Below the pieces are notes generated by a model. It was not told the origin of the DNA. It did no database searches and saw only the letters and a program-made list of their open reading frames with translations. Below are positions 20,817 through 31,753 of a stretch of DNA of 39,071 nt, one piece after another. Position numbers and translations under genes: made by a program. Origin of the DNA: Nemertoderma westbladi. Its lineage: Eukaryota > Animalia > Xenacoelomorpha. The stretch spans positions 1 through 39,071 of the forward strand of contig JAUCBJ010007799.1 in NCBI GenBank assembly GCA_032718475.1, read 5' to 3'. Within the stretch, counting starts at the first letter, position 1; every line of letters begins with the position of its first letter.

Positions 20817-22308
20817 CTAGTGACGGGCCTAGCGGCCCGATAAGGAACCGACTTTTTATTTTAAATGAAAGAGACAACGAGAATTAGTATAGAACTAATA
20901 ATTATGTAAAAATACAATCATATTTCATAAAATAATTATTAATAAATTCGATCTATTAATAGTTGCTCAATTCTAGAACAAAATCGACCTGCAACTAGTG
21001 AAGACCTCGTTTTGGAATTTCGAAACCACACTGGTGCGATGCGCGATATCGTGTTTAGTTAATAAATTGAAAACTCCATCAATTCATGTGCAACCAGTAA
21101 TAAGAAATCGCTATAAATGTAATTAATTAAATACAAATTATTCTAGAAAAATTTTCCTCAAAAAGTATGAAGTCTTGGCATTGGTGACGCGAAACTAGGC
21201 TAGTGAGATTCAGGATATTGCGTTTAATATAAAAATCGAAACCGCTATCGAATTCCGTAAAGGCGTTAATAAAATACTGCAACTTTTTTGAAATTTGTAA
21301 AATTCTAGAACTAGAAAAATATATTCTTTGAACGGCGCTGTTTGGGGTTTCGAAACATGGATAGGCTGAAAGAGGACATCGAATTAAGTTGAAAAATGAA
21401 AACCCCATCGAATTTGGACAAAGAGTTCCGGAGTTATAGCGGATCGAAAAAAATTTACCCCCCCCAGTCGCCAAAAATTTACAGTAATTTAAAATTTTGC
21501 AAAAAAAATTTTTTGCGTTATTTTTGATGGCGAATCGATTGGCAGTACTGGCTACGAAAAATTTTTTTTTGAAATTTTTGGTCAGAAAAAAAAACATGGA
21601 AAAAGTATATTTTTAAAAATATTTGATGTCTTTGCCTATGGTCAGGGAATGATCCAACTCTGTACTTGGCAATCGCTCAAATCCATTCAGCTGAATGGCA
21701 CAGTAGAGTAAACTAAAGTAAATTCCCTATACAATGTTCTGAAGGGGAGACTGACAGAGAGTAATCCAACAATAAAACATGTTGCAATAATGTTGGCATT
21801 AATGTAGCCAACTCACTGTGTACTTAAGTCATTCACCTTACATTAGCAGAGGGAGATATTCCCATAGAGTGCGCATTGGGAAGAGTAATTCAGCTGAGGC
21901 TATAATAGATTTCAAACTAAACCAACCAGTTACTATTTGCTTTGACAGAGTGTACTGGGGCCTAAACAAACAGTATGGGTGTACTAAGTATAATAATCTT
22001 GGCAACCTCATCGATTTATTACTAAGCCTTGTGTAGAAATGCATTACATAAACCATTTTTCATCAGGACACCAGCTGTCATTGGTGTTATTTTACCATTG
22101 CGCCTATGGCGTTTTTTCGTTTATGTTTATTTTTCGAACCCACGGCTCATGGACGAAATAGCGGAACATACCAGGGACCTTAGAATCGCGGTATCAAGCC
22201 GCTGTGAAAATTTCATCAAAATCGTTAGAGTAGTTTTGGCTATAGATTAACCAGCCAGTCAATCAATCAGCAAACAATTCTTACAGTAATGAACCTCTCG
22301 GTTCCTAA
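20817..22308 (-). mobile_element. Helentron/HINE-like element, family A, copy 2
   Basis: Head-to-tail near-copy of 19322-20816 with scattered substitutions and the same termini. Confidence 0.8.
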
Positions 22309-23547
22309 CTAGAGACGGCGTCAAGACGCCGTTAAGCAAGTCGGAAGTCGTCAATCAAAGGTAAGTTCCCTCAACAATGTATATCTATGTTCAGAAGGGA
22401 AGTGTTATTTACCTATGGTCAGAGAGAGATCCCACTCTGTAATTTGGCAATTGCTCAAATCCATACAGCTGAATGACTCAGTAGAGTAAACAAAAGTAAA
22501 TTCCCTCAGCCTCAACAGCGTTTGCCTATGGTGTGAAGGGAATCTGACAGAGCATAATCTTAGCCACTAAATGTCATTCACCTAACAAAACATTTTGAAT
22601 GCCACAGTGATTAACCAAATACAGATAATAAGCAGTTATTTTTATATTTCAAACTATAATGTTAGTGTTAGCCTTACAGTGTATCAGTATGAAGCTGAGT
22701 AAACATTCGCCTTATAAGCATACAACATCGAACATCCAAAGTATTAATGTTGGACGAAAGATTTAAAAATAAAATACAGTGCAGTAGTACTCTGTAACTA
22801 ACAGTCATTCAGCTTGCACTAAATGTCAATCACCTATAAAACATTTTGAATGCCACAGTGAATATTAACCCAATACAGATAATAAGAAGTGATTTTTATA
22901 TTTCAAACTATAATGTTAGTCTTAGCCTTACAGAGTATCAGTATAAGGCTGAGTAAACATTCCACCTTATAAGCATACAGCCTCCACAGTATTAATGTTG
23001 GCATTAATGTAGCCGATACACTGTATACCTAATAGTCATTCAGCAGGGGGAAGAGTTATTCAGCCGAGGCGGTAATAGATTGCAAACTAAACCAACCAGT
23101 TGGCAGCCTCATCGATTTATACTAAGCCTGTGTAGAACCACAAACTAAATCAACCAGTTAATATTTGCTTTGACAGAGAGTGAGGGCCTAAACAAACAGT
23201 ATGGGTGTACTGAGTACAATAATCTTGGCAACCTCATCGATTTATACTAAGCCTTGTGTAGAAATCCATTACATAAGCCATTTTTCAGCAGGACACCAGC
23301 TGTCATTGGTGTTATTTCACCATTGCGCCTATGGCGTTTTTTCGTTTATGTCTATTTTTCGAGCCCAGAGGCTATGGACGGAGTAGCCGATCATGCCAGG
23401 GACCTTAGAATCGCGGTATCTAGATGCTGTGAAAATTTCATCAAAATCGTTAGAGCAGTTTTGGCTGTAGATCAGCCAGTCAGTCAGCCAGTCAGCCAGT
23501 CAGTCAGCTAACAATTCTTACAGTAATCAAGTCTAACGACTTGCTAA
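22309..23547 (-). mobile_element. Helentron/HINE-like element, family B (different termini, shared core)
   Basis: CTAG, hairpin ACGGCGTC-AA-GACGCCGT (22315-22332), subTIR AGCAAGTCG (22335-22343) and partner CGACTTGCT (23537-23545) inside palindrome CAAGTC-TAAC-GACTTG. Shares its core with family A and has an internal ~250-bp duplication (22565 vs 22817). Confidence 0.78.
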
Positions 23548-23662
23548 CTAGTGACGGGCCTAGCGGCCCGATAAGGAACCGACTTTTTATTTCAAATAAA
23601 AGAGACAACGAGCTCAGCTCGGTCTTGCACGATTGGGCACGATTAAGTTCGACTTGGCTTGA

Positions 23663-24026
23663 TCGGCTCGGCTCGGCTCGGCTCGGCTCGGCTCGGCTCG
23701 GCTCGGCTCGGCTCGGCTCGGCTCGGCTCGGCTCGGCTCGGCTCGGCTCGGCTCGGCTCGGCTCGGCTCGGCTCGGCTCGGTTCGGCTCGGCTCGGCTCG
23801 GCTCGGCTCGGCTCGGCTCGGCTCGGCTCGGCTCGGCTCGGCTCGGCTCGGCTCGGCTCGGCTCGGCTCGGCTCGGCTCGGCTCGGCTCGGCTCGGCTCG
23901 GCTCGGCTCGGCTCGGCTCGGCTCGGCTCGGCTCGGCTCGGCTCGGCTCGGCTCGGCTCGGCTCGGCTCGGCTTGGCTTGGCTTGGCTCAGCTCGTCTCG
24001 GCTCGGCTCGGCTCGGCTCGGCTCGG
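23663..24026. repeat. (GGCTC)n pentanucleotide microsatellite, ~70 units
   Basis: Read directly. It produces the spurious LGSAR/AEPSR ORFs. Confidence 0.97.
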
Positions 24027-24039
24027 TCTGAGTCGACTC

Positions 24040-24398
24040 CCCGTGCTGCTCAAAGGGCGCAAATACATATATCAAAGGGTCAAAGCAAAACTCACGTGCT
24101 GCTCGAAGGGTCAAAGTCAAACAATGTGTCTATTATTTGATGTAATTCACGTGCTGCTCGAAGGGCGCAAATACATATATCGAAGGGTCAAAGCAAAACT
24201 CACGTGCTGCTCGAAGGGTCAAAGTCAAACAATGTGTCTATTATTTGATGTAATTCACGTGCTGCTCGAAGGGCGCAAATACATATATCGAAGGGTCAAA
24301 GCAAAACTCACGTGCTGCTCGAAGGGACAAAGTCAAACATTGTGTCTAATATTTGATTAACTCACGTGCTGCTCGAAGGGCGCAACTACATATATCGA
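24040..24398. repeat. 108-bp tandem repeat (~3.3 copies, each a dimer of ~53/55-bp subunits)
   Basis: CACGTGCTGCTCGAAGGG recurs, with period 108 between 24148 and 24256. Confidence 0.9.
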
Positions 24399-25157
24399 AA
24401 CAAGCCCCTGTCTTGTATTTTAATTATATCAGAAATCCTTGCCTTCAGTACAAAATATCTAAAAATTCATTTACCTGAAGTATGGGTAACATTATAAATT
24501 CGCTTTTCACACAGTAGTTAACTAAAGCAAATACCCTTCAGGTTGACTGAATGATTTTATTAATGTTTGCCATGAATAGTACTATATTTGGGTCCCACGA
24601 CCCACCCCTGAACAGCTTTGCTTACATCTGATAGAGAGTAATCCCAAATTAACTTCCCTCTACGAAAATTATTTTAATTAAATACATACAACATAGCAGT
24701 CAACTCTGCAATCAACAGTACACAATAACTAAAATGGCATTCAGTTTACCAGCTATTCGCATTAAGCTAATAGATATTCGATTTCATTCGATTCAGTGAG
24801 TGTGTGAGGGCTATTGGGAGAGCAATCAGCTTATGATGTAATACATTAGAATCCCACAGCTTTTGTTTGCTTACTGTCTGAGTTGTAGAGTGAGGATAAT
24901 ACTTGGCAGAGAAAGCATTTCCTTGTTAGGTGGCCATTCCTATAGAATAGCATTACTAGGCCATCTCTATCCATTTTTCATGAGTGCCAGCTGGTGTTTT
25001 TATCATTGCACCTATGGCGTTTTTTCGTTTATGTCTATTTTTCGAGCCCACGGCTCATGGACGAAATAGCGGAACATACAAGGGACCTTAGAATCGCCGT
25101 ATCTAGCCGCCGTGAAAATTTCATCAAAATCGTTAGAGTAGTTTTGGCTGTAGATCA

Positions 25158-25200
<43 letters not shown>

Positions 25201-25630
25201 TCGAGCAATTCTTACAGTAATGAACCTCTCGGTTCCTAATTATTATAGCCGCTGGGGGCGTTATCCCAGATGTTCAATCTATCAATCAATATATGTGAAT
25301 GCAGGAATGCAGCTCGCTTTGGCGTCCCATTATTCTTTTTTTACTCCCCTTTCTGTTCGTCATATTCGCATTACGCCCCTACAGTACCGGTAACTGCATA
25401 CTGTACTGTATATAGGGAAGGGCCCTAGATCAACTAATTCATAGGCCTAACGTACCATTGCGTTATTTTCGGCTCCTCTTAAGACATATTATTTAGTAGT
25501 ACAGAAACTATGTATAGTACATGATACCGGCCCTACGCCTAGCTGCCTTTGAAGTTGACCGACTGGGCTGCTTTCGCCACGCTTCGATAGGTTGCGCTCT
25601 TTGTGAGCCGCCACTGTCGCCTGAAGAGGA

Positions 25631-28600
25631 ATGCCGTGTTGCGGTTGCGGCTTCAACAGCACTTGCGTGCGGGGCTGCGCCTGCGTGAAGGGAAAGATAG
25701 ACTGCCTGGACTGCGTTCCAGGTACGCGAAGACAGTGCCGGAATGGTGGGGCCGGTTCGCAGATCAGCCAATCCCAACCCACCCCGACCAGCGATGGACC
25801 ACGTGATTTGGCTGCACCTACTTCGTTCTCCCAGCCGACTCCTGCCGAGAAGGGGAGGGCGGACGAGTCCTTCGATGAGACGTTGGTGGAATTGTCGGAC
25901 AGCGATGGTTCATTCCACTCGCTCAGTGACACCCTGGTGTCAGGTGCATCTCCCCGGGCCCCCATTGTGTCTGGTGTCGCCACTACTGTGTCTGGTGTTG
26001 CCCCCCTCGCCCCTACGGTGTCTGGTGTCGCCCACCTCGCCCCTATGGTGTCTGATGTCGCCCCCCTCGCCCCTACGGTGTCTGGTGTCGCCCCCCTCGC
26101 CCCTACGTTGTCTGGTTTTGCCCCCCTCGCCCCTACGGTGTCCGGTGTTGCCCCCCTCACCCCTATGGCGTCCGGTGTTGCCCCCCTCTCCCCTATGGTG
26201 TCCGGGGTCGCCCCTTCGGTGTCTGGGGTCGCCCCCCTCGCCCCAACGGTGTCTGTTTTAGCCCCCCCTGCCCCTAGGGTGTCCGGCGTTGCCCCCCTCG
26301 CCCCTATGGTGTCCGGCATTGCCCCCCTCGCCCCTACGGTGTCCGGCGTTGCCCCCCTCGCCCCTACGGTGTCCGGCGTTGCCCCCATCGCCCCTAGGGT
26401 GTCCGGCGTTGCCAAGAGTTCGCCTGTAGAAGCGGTTTGGTGCGACAGTAGATTTCCCACTCAACGGTTGGAGTCCGCAATAACCCAAGCGTACGATACC
26501 ATTGTACACTGGCGGGCTAATCTGTTCCTGGTCCCCCCTGGTGCTATAGGTAGAGACCTGGTCAGTGAGATGTCGAGGATCGTTGGGCTGGCAACTATGG
26601 AAAACCCGCTACAGAAGGTCGCCCTCCCTGCGCTGATGATACTGCCTGCCCTGCTTCTACAGAAACCCAGTCGCAAGTCCACCACGGCGACCAATAGAAG
26701 CGTGCTGGTGAGGAGGCTGGCGAGCTGGAAGAGGACCGAGTTTAAGGAGTTGCTCGTTGAAGCCCGGGCTATCCAAGCCCACCTCCCGAAACGGGTTCAA
26801 TCCGTGTCGCAGAACGTCGCGCAACAGAAGGCTTTCATCCGCCACATGCTGACCGGGAACATCTCGGCAGCTACCAGATGCCTCGGTCAGTTACACCGGG
26901 GTAAACCTTTGGGACTCAACGACACGTTCACGGATAAAGACGGTGTCACAAAGGTGGTTCGCGAGGTATTGCTGGAGAAGCACCCTCCCGCCAAACCCGC
27001 GGACAAGTCGATCATGCTGACCGAGTTCGAGGGCGCTCCCGAGCACCACGCCGTGGTGTTCGAACAGCTGACCGGGCAGCTGGTTCTCTCCAGCCTGCTC
27101 AGGATGAAGGGGAACGCCGCGGGTCCTTCCGGTGTCGATGTTCAGGGGTGGAAACACCTGCTGACAAAGTTCCGCTCGCAGTCTACGGAGTTGTGCGATC
27201 GGATCGCGAGTCTGGGTAAACTCATCTCGCAGACCACGGTTCCCTCCGGGACTCTGTCGGCGCTGTTATCTGCCCGACTCATCGCGCTAGATAAGAACCC
27301 CGGCGTCCGACCCATCGGGATCGGCGAGGTTCTCCGACGAGTGATCGGGAAGGCGGCGATCCGCTGCATTCGCGAAGATCTGGAGACGGTTGGCGGGCCG
27401 GTGCAGCTCTGTCTGGGGCAGAAGTCCGGCATCGAGTACGCTGTCCACAGTCTAAATGACGCGTTCGAGCGGGACGACTGCGACGGCGTTCTCCAGGTGG
27501 ATGCAACCAACGCGTTTAACGCGCTCAACCATGAGGGGGCGTTACACAACATCCGCGTAGTGTGCCCCAGGCTCCACAAGATCGTAGCTAACTGCTACAG
27601 CGAACCGGCGCGGCTGTTCGTGGGGGGGGAAACCTTGCTGTCGGAGGAAGGAACAACCCAAGGAGACCCCGTCGCGATGGCCATGTACGGCTGTGGGGCG
27701 CTCCCGTTCGTGTGCGAGTTGGAGCGTGGGTGTACCACGGATCAGAAATGGTACGCAGACGACGGGAACGCGGCTGGGAAGCTGACTGAGCTCCTGAAGT
27801 TCCTTGTGATCGCGCTGACCCGGGGGCCGCTCTATGGGTACTACCCCACCAAGTGTTGCCTCACCGTGAAACCGGACAAACTTGCGGAGGCAGAGAAGCT
27901 GTTCGCCGGCTACAACGTCTCCATCAACTGTGTCGGGAACAAACTCCTTGGTGGTGTCATCGGGACCGAGGAGTTCCGTCGGAGTTTCACCCAGGAGAAG
28001 GTTGAGGGGTTTGCAGCCGACGTCGAACGACTTAGCGATATAGCGGCGGTGGACCCGCACTGCGCCTATGCGGGGTTGGCGTTCGGCCTGGCGTGCCGCT
28101 GGCGCTACATTGCCCGGGTGGTTCCGGGTGCGACGGACCAATTCGGGGAGTTGGAGGAGGCGGTAAACCGGTTTCTCTGCCGCCTCACGGACCGCCCAGC
28201 CATTCCGGTGGATGAGCGGGAGTTGTTGTCGCTGCCGATTCGCGACGGCGGGCTTGGAATACCAGTTCCTCAGGATCTCTCGTCTCAGTACCGGCACTCC
28301 CGCCTCGTGTGTGAACCGTTCGTCGAGGCCACCGCGGAATCCATGTCGGGGGTCAGGGAGGAACAGATGAAGGTTGTGAAGTCAATCAAAATTGTGGCAG
28401 CGGCTGTAAACAAAATAAAGAAGGACCAAGTAATAGCCAAGCTGCCCCAACTCCAAGCCAACCTTTGTAACCTGGTAAGCGAGAAAGGAGCGTCCGCCTG
28501 GCTGAACTGCAAACCTCTGACTCTACATGAAACTCACCTCGATAAACAAGAGTTCCGCGACTCCTTGTGCCTCCGCTACGACTGGACGCCGCCGAATCTT

Positions 28601-29266
28601 CCATCTCGTTGTGCCTGTGGGGTGCGATTTACCTCGTCCCACGTCCTGTCGTGCCCCACTGGAGGATTCCCCTCCATTCGGCACAACGAGATCCGCGACT
28701 TCGTTGCCGACACCCTAACCGAGGTGGCCCACAATGTAGGGGTAGAACCGCAACTCCAGCCATTATCGGGCGAGACTTTCAGTCATCGGTCGACTTCGAC
28801 AGACCAGCAGGCGAGGCTAGACGTTTCGGTGAGCGGATTCTGGGGCAACCGCTTCCAGAAGACGTTCATCGACGTCTCAGTCTTTAATCCGCTGGCAGAC
28901 ACCAACGCGGCGATGTCCCTTCCGGCAGCCCACCTACACCACGAGTCTCGCAAGAGACTCAAGTACGAGGACCGGTTGCGGGAAGTCGAGCACGCCAGCT
29001 TCACTCCGCTTATCTTCTCGACGTTCGGTGGAATTTCGCCGGCAGCGTCGCAGTTCCTCAAGCGCTTGTCACTGAAGCTGTCCGACAAACGTGACTACCC
29101 GTACTCCGAGTGCGTGGCGTGGGTGCGCAGGCGGCTGAGCTTCGCGCTATTGCGATCAGCCCTCCTCTGTCTGCGTGGCAATCGGTCCACCAGGAAGCGT
29201 CCGGTGAGGTGCGATGTTGGGGAAACGTCCATCGTCCTCAGTAACGCCGACAGCAATCCGGTGTGA
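25631..29266 (+). CDS. Reverse transcriptase-restriction-like endonuclease protein (CRE-like), 1211 aa
   Basis: N-terminal Cys cluster and a 10-aa repeat. RT motifs AAGPSG, RLIALDKNPGVRPIGIGEVLRR, VDATNAFN, GTTQGDP, WYADD. C-terminal CACG..H..C knuckle, RHNEIRD, and RLE motifs RLDV..FIDV..E..K..KY. Confidence 0.95.
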   Translation: MPCCGCGFNSTCVRGCACVKGKIDCLDCVPGTRRQCRNGGAGSQISQSQPTPTSDGPRDLAAPTSFSQPTPAEKGRADESFDETLVELSDSDGSFHSLSDTLVSGASPRAPIVSGVATTVSGVAPLAPTVSGVAHLAPMVSDVAPLAPTVSGVAPLAPTLSGFAPLAPTVSGVAPLTPMASGVAPLSPMVSGVAPSVSGVAPLAPTVSVLAPPAPRVSGVAPLAPMVSGIAPLAPTVSGVAPLAPTVSGVAPIAPRVSGVAKSSPVEAVWCDSRFPTQRLESAITQAYDTIVHWRANLFLVPPGAIGRDLVSEMSRIVGLATMENPLQKVALPALMILPALLLQKPSRKSTTATNRSVLVRRLASWKRTEFKELLVEARAIQAHLPKRVQSVSQNVAQQKAFIRHMLTGNISAATRCLGQLHRGKPLGLNDTFTDKDGVTKVVREVLLEKHPPAKPADKSIMLTEFEGAPEHHAVVFEQLTGQLVLSSLLRMKGNAAGPSGVDVQGWKHLLTKFRSQSTELCDRIASLGKLISQTTVPSGTLSALLSARLIALDKNPGVRPIGIGEVLRRVIGKAAIRCIREDLETVGGPVQLCLGQKSGIEYAVHSLNDAFERDDCDGVLQVDATNAFNALNHEGALHNIRVVCPRLHKIVANCYSEPARLFVGGETLLSEEGTTQGDPVAMAMYGCGALPFVCELERGCTTDQKWYADDGNAAGKLTELLKFLVIALTRGPLYGYYPTKCCLTVKPDKLAEAEKLFAGYNVSINCVGNKLLGGVIGTEEFRRSFTQEKVEGFAADVERLSDIAAVDPHCAYAGLAFGLACRWRYIARVVPGATDQFGELEEAVNRFLCRLTDRPAIPVDERELLSLPIRDGGLGIPVPQDLSSQYRHSRLVCEPFVEATAESMSGVREEQMKVVKSIKIVAAAVNKIKKDQVIAKLPQLQANLCNLVSEKGASAWLNCKPLTLHETHLDKQEFRDSLCLRYDWTPPNLPSRCACGVRFTSSHVLSCPTGGFPSIRHNEIRDFVADTLTEVAHNVGVEPQLQPLSGETFSHRSTSTDQQARLDVSVSGFWGNRFQKTFIDVSVFNPLADTNAAMSLPAAHLHHESRKRLKYEDRLREVEHASFTPLIFSTFGGISPAASQFLKRLSLKLSDKRDYPYSECVAWVRRRLSFALLRSALLCLRGNRSTRKRPVRCDVGETSIVLSNADSNPV
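25937..26413 (+). repeat. 30-bp coding minisatellite (VSGVAPLAPT x ~15)
   Basis: GTGTCCGGCGTTGCCCCCCTCGCCCCTACG units, plus two 21-bp short units that keep the frame. Confidence 0.95.
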
Positions 29267-29910
29267 TGGGCAGTTCATTACAGTACAGCAGTATTCAGGT
29301 ATTAGCTGCAGACAGTACTGGTATGGCAGTCCTGTAGGCAATATTCTACCTTGTGTTTATACGGTTGCTAGGTGATGGGTAATGACAGCTGGTGGTGGTT
29401 GAATTATGTTTGTCCAGTAATTGTTGTGCTTCGTGTGTTATTTTTAAAGATTAATATAATATAATATACTGTCAATGTCCTGAGGAAGAAAAAAAAAAAA
29501 ACAGAAACTATGTATCATATTTTATGATGAGACTGAGACTACAGTACAGTATATCGCTGTTTGTGATGCCACAACTCTCTCATGGAAAATCTATACATAA
29601 ATACGAAATATCATTTTAATTAAATACAATTACTTTTAATTTCTATATAAATTATTGACCAATAAATGTTTTTAAATTTGGGTAGAATTTTATTGCCGTT
29701 AATCTTCCAGCTGGACAGTTGCAATCTAATCGTCGTTAACGAGGTCTATCAATGAATGCAGTTATTGTAGAACATGTAGGGGTAATCGCAGCTGAGGTTT
29801 GTGAATGTGTACGCCCTACCGTATGATAAAGCAGTGAGTGCGTGGTCCACATACCTAATAATATTTAATTATTGAAAATATAGATCCTAAAATAACTAAC
29901 TACTTATATA

Positions 29911-31012
29911 TAAAGGAATGCCTGTTCACCACCATGGGTGATCTTCCACAGTAAACCCTTCCACTATGTTTCCATAAAGGAATACCTGTTCACCACCATG
30001 GGTGATCTTCCACAGTAATCCCTTCCACTCTGTTTCCTAAAGGAATGCCTATTCACCACCATGGGTGATCTTCCACAGTAAACCCTTCCACACTGTTTCC
30101 TAAAGGAATGCCTGTTCACCACCGTGGGAGATCTTCCACTGTAAACCCTTCCACCATTTTTCCTAAAGGAATGCCTTTTCACCACCACGGGTGATCTTCC
30201 ACAGTAAACCCTTCCACCATGTTTCCTAAAGGAATGCCTGTTCACCACCATGGGTGATCTTCCACAGTAAACCCTTCCACTCAGTTTCCTACAGGAATGC
30301 CTGTTCACCCCCATGGGTGATCTTCCACAGTAAATCCTTCCACTCTGTTTCCTAAAGGAATGCCTGTTCACCACCATGGGTGATCTTCCACAGTAAACCC
30401 TTCCACTCTGTTTCCTAAAGGAATGCCTGTTCACCACCATGGGTGATCTTCCACAGTAAAACCTTCCACTCTGTTTCCTAAAGGAATGCCTGTTCACCAC
30501 CATGGGTGACCTACCACAGTAAACTCTTCCACTCTGTTTCCTAAAGGAATGCCTGTTCACCACCATGGGTGACCTTCCACAGTAAACCCTTCCACTCTGT
30601 TTTCTAAAGGAATGCCTGTTAACCACCATGGGTGACCTTCCACAGTAAACCCTTCCACTCTGTTTCCTAAAGGAATTCCTGTTCACCACCATGGGTGATC
30701 TTCCACAGTAAACCCTTCCACTCTGTTTTCTAAAGGAATGCCTGTTCACCACCATGGGTGACTTCCACTAAACCCTTCCACTCTGTTTCCTAAAGGAATG
30801 CCTGTTCACCACCATGGGTGATCTTCCACAGTAAACCCTTCCACTCTGTTTCCTAAAGGAATGCCTGTTCTCCACCATGGGTGATCTTCCAGAGTAAACC
30901 CTCCCACTCTGTTTCCTAAAGGAATGCCTGTTCACCACCATGGGTGATCTTCCACAGTAAACCCATCCACTCTGTTTCCTAAAGGAATGCCTGTTCACCA
31001 CCATGGGTGACC
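29911..31012. repeat. 63-bp minisatellite, ~17.5 copies
   Basis: Unit TAAAGGAATGCCTGTTCACCACCATGGGTGATCTTCCACAGTAAACCCTTCCACTCTGTTTCC. No unique spacers. Confidence 0.96.
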
Positions 31013-31739
31013 TTAATCTAAAACCTAAAACTTAGGTTTAAAAACAGGTAATAGGCCTACCAGAATACAGCAATACTGGTACTTTGCGCCTCTACCGACT
31101 GACCAGTAAAACAAGGATAGTACTGCTGTACTGATACTGCACCGTATGCTGATTGGTTACAGTTCTTTCGTTGCCTGGCAACAAGCTTTCTAGGCAGTAT
31201 TAGACTCTTTCAATTTATTTTCTTGCAGAATATAGGTAAAATTTAATGCTGATCAATTTTTTCACTGTTTTCCGAAAGGTTTATAGTGTTTTTATAGTGT
31301 TTTCCCTATGTTTTACGGTGATTACTTAAGGGGTGCTATGCGAGGAGTACATTTAGGATTGTCAATTCAGAGAAGTACATGTGTTAAATTTCCTGCTGAT
31401 CAATATTTTCACTGTTTTCCGGGTGTTTTACAGTACTTTTCTTATGTTTTCCTAGTGTTTTACCGTTTTACTAGTGTTTTCCTAATTTAGAACTATCCCT
31501 TATTTCTGGCTGTGTATATCCTTCATACAAATACGTCGATAATAGATTTTGAGATACGCCAGTAGTGGTTACTGTACTGTCGTTGTGTCATTGTACTGAT
31601 AGCTCTGTAGCTAGTACGCCCCATTATTATTCACCTTTACCTGTTACTGTGTTACCGGTACCTCTTTACCTGTACTGCTGTATGCATTATACATATCAGA
31701 TGTCAGACATCCTTACCTTTTACCTATTCATTATTGGCG

Positions 31740-31753
31740 TGGTGGCAGCGGTG
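31740..31753 (+). promoter_or_regulatory. Primer-binding site complementary to tRNA-Leu 3' end
   Basis: TGGTGGCAGCGGTG is the reverse complement of CACCGCUGCCACCA, the 3' end of metazoan tRNA-Leu(AAG/UAG) as recalled. It lies ~350 nt upstream of the gag ATG. Confidence 0.8.

Larger units (their letters stand above)
23548..25239 (-). mobile_element. Helentron/HINE-like element with family A termini and a different interior
   Basis: Family A left ~65 bp and right ~250 bp. The interior holds (GGCTC)n, 108-bp repeats and a diverged core. Confidence 0.78.
25516..29500 (+). mobile_element. Full-length CRE-clade-like RLE non-LTR retrotransposon (~3985 bp)
   Basis: 15-bp TSD ACAGAAACTATGTAT at 25501-25515 and 29501-29515. 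Poly(A) at ~29489-29500. Single intact ORF, 115-nt 5' UTR and ~220-nt 3' UTR. Confidence 0.93.

Noticed and set aside
23541-24360. ORFs with LGSAR/AEPSR repeats
   Set aside because: These are translations of the (GGCTC)n microsatellite.
20602-25239. Recurrent ~72-85-aa ORFs (WRFFVYVYFSSPRLMDEI..)
   Set aside because: They come from the shared non-coding core of the Helentron-like units; starts and stops vary between copies.
25516-25640. HDV-like or hammerhead ribozyme in the CRE 5' UTR
   Set aside because: CTGAAGA and a small GCTC/GAGC hairpin are present, but I could not build the required stems or a GAAA core by eye. A covariance-model search would settle it.
25489-26460. 323-aa minus-strand ORF, and other antisense ORFs across the CRE element
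   Set aside because: Shadow frames of the GC-rich ORF and its 30-bp repeat, with no independent domain.
29911-31012. CRISPR array, or a 263-aa repeat-protein gene
   Set aside because: Units are contiguous without unique spacers, there are no cas genes and the context is eukaryotic. The ORF arises from one stop-free frame of a 63-bp unit.
31238-31425. Two ~36-bp similar segments about 148 bp apart
   Set aside because: Degenerate local duplication in T-rich DNA with no other supporting structure.
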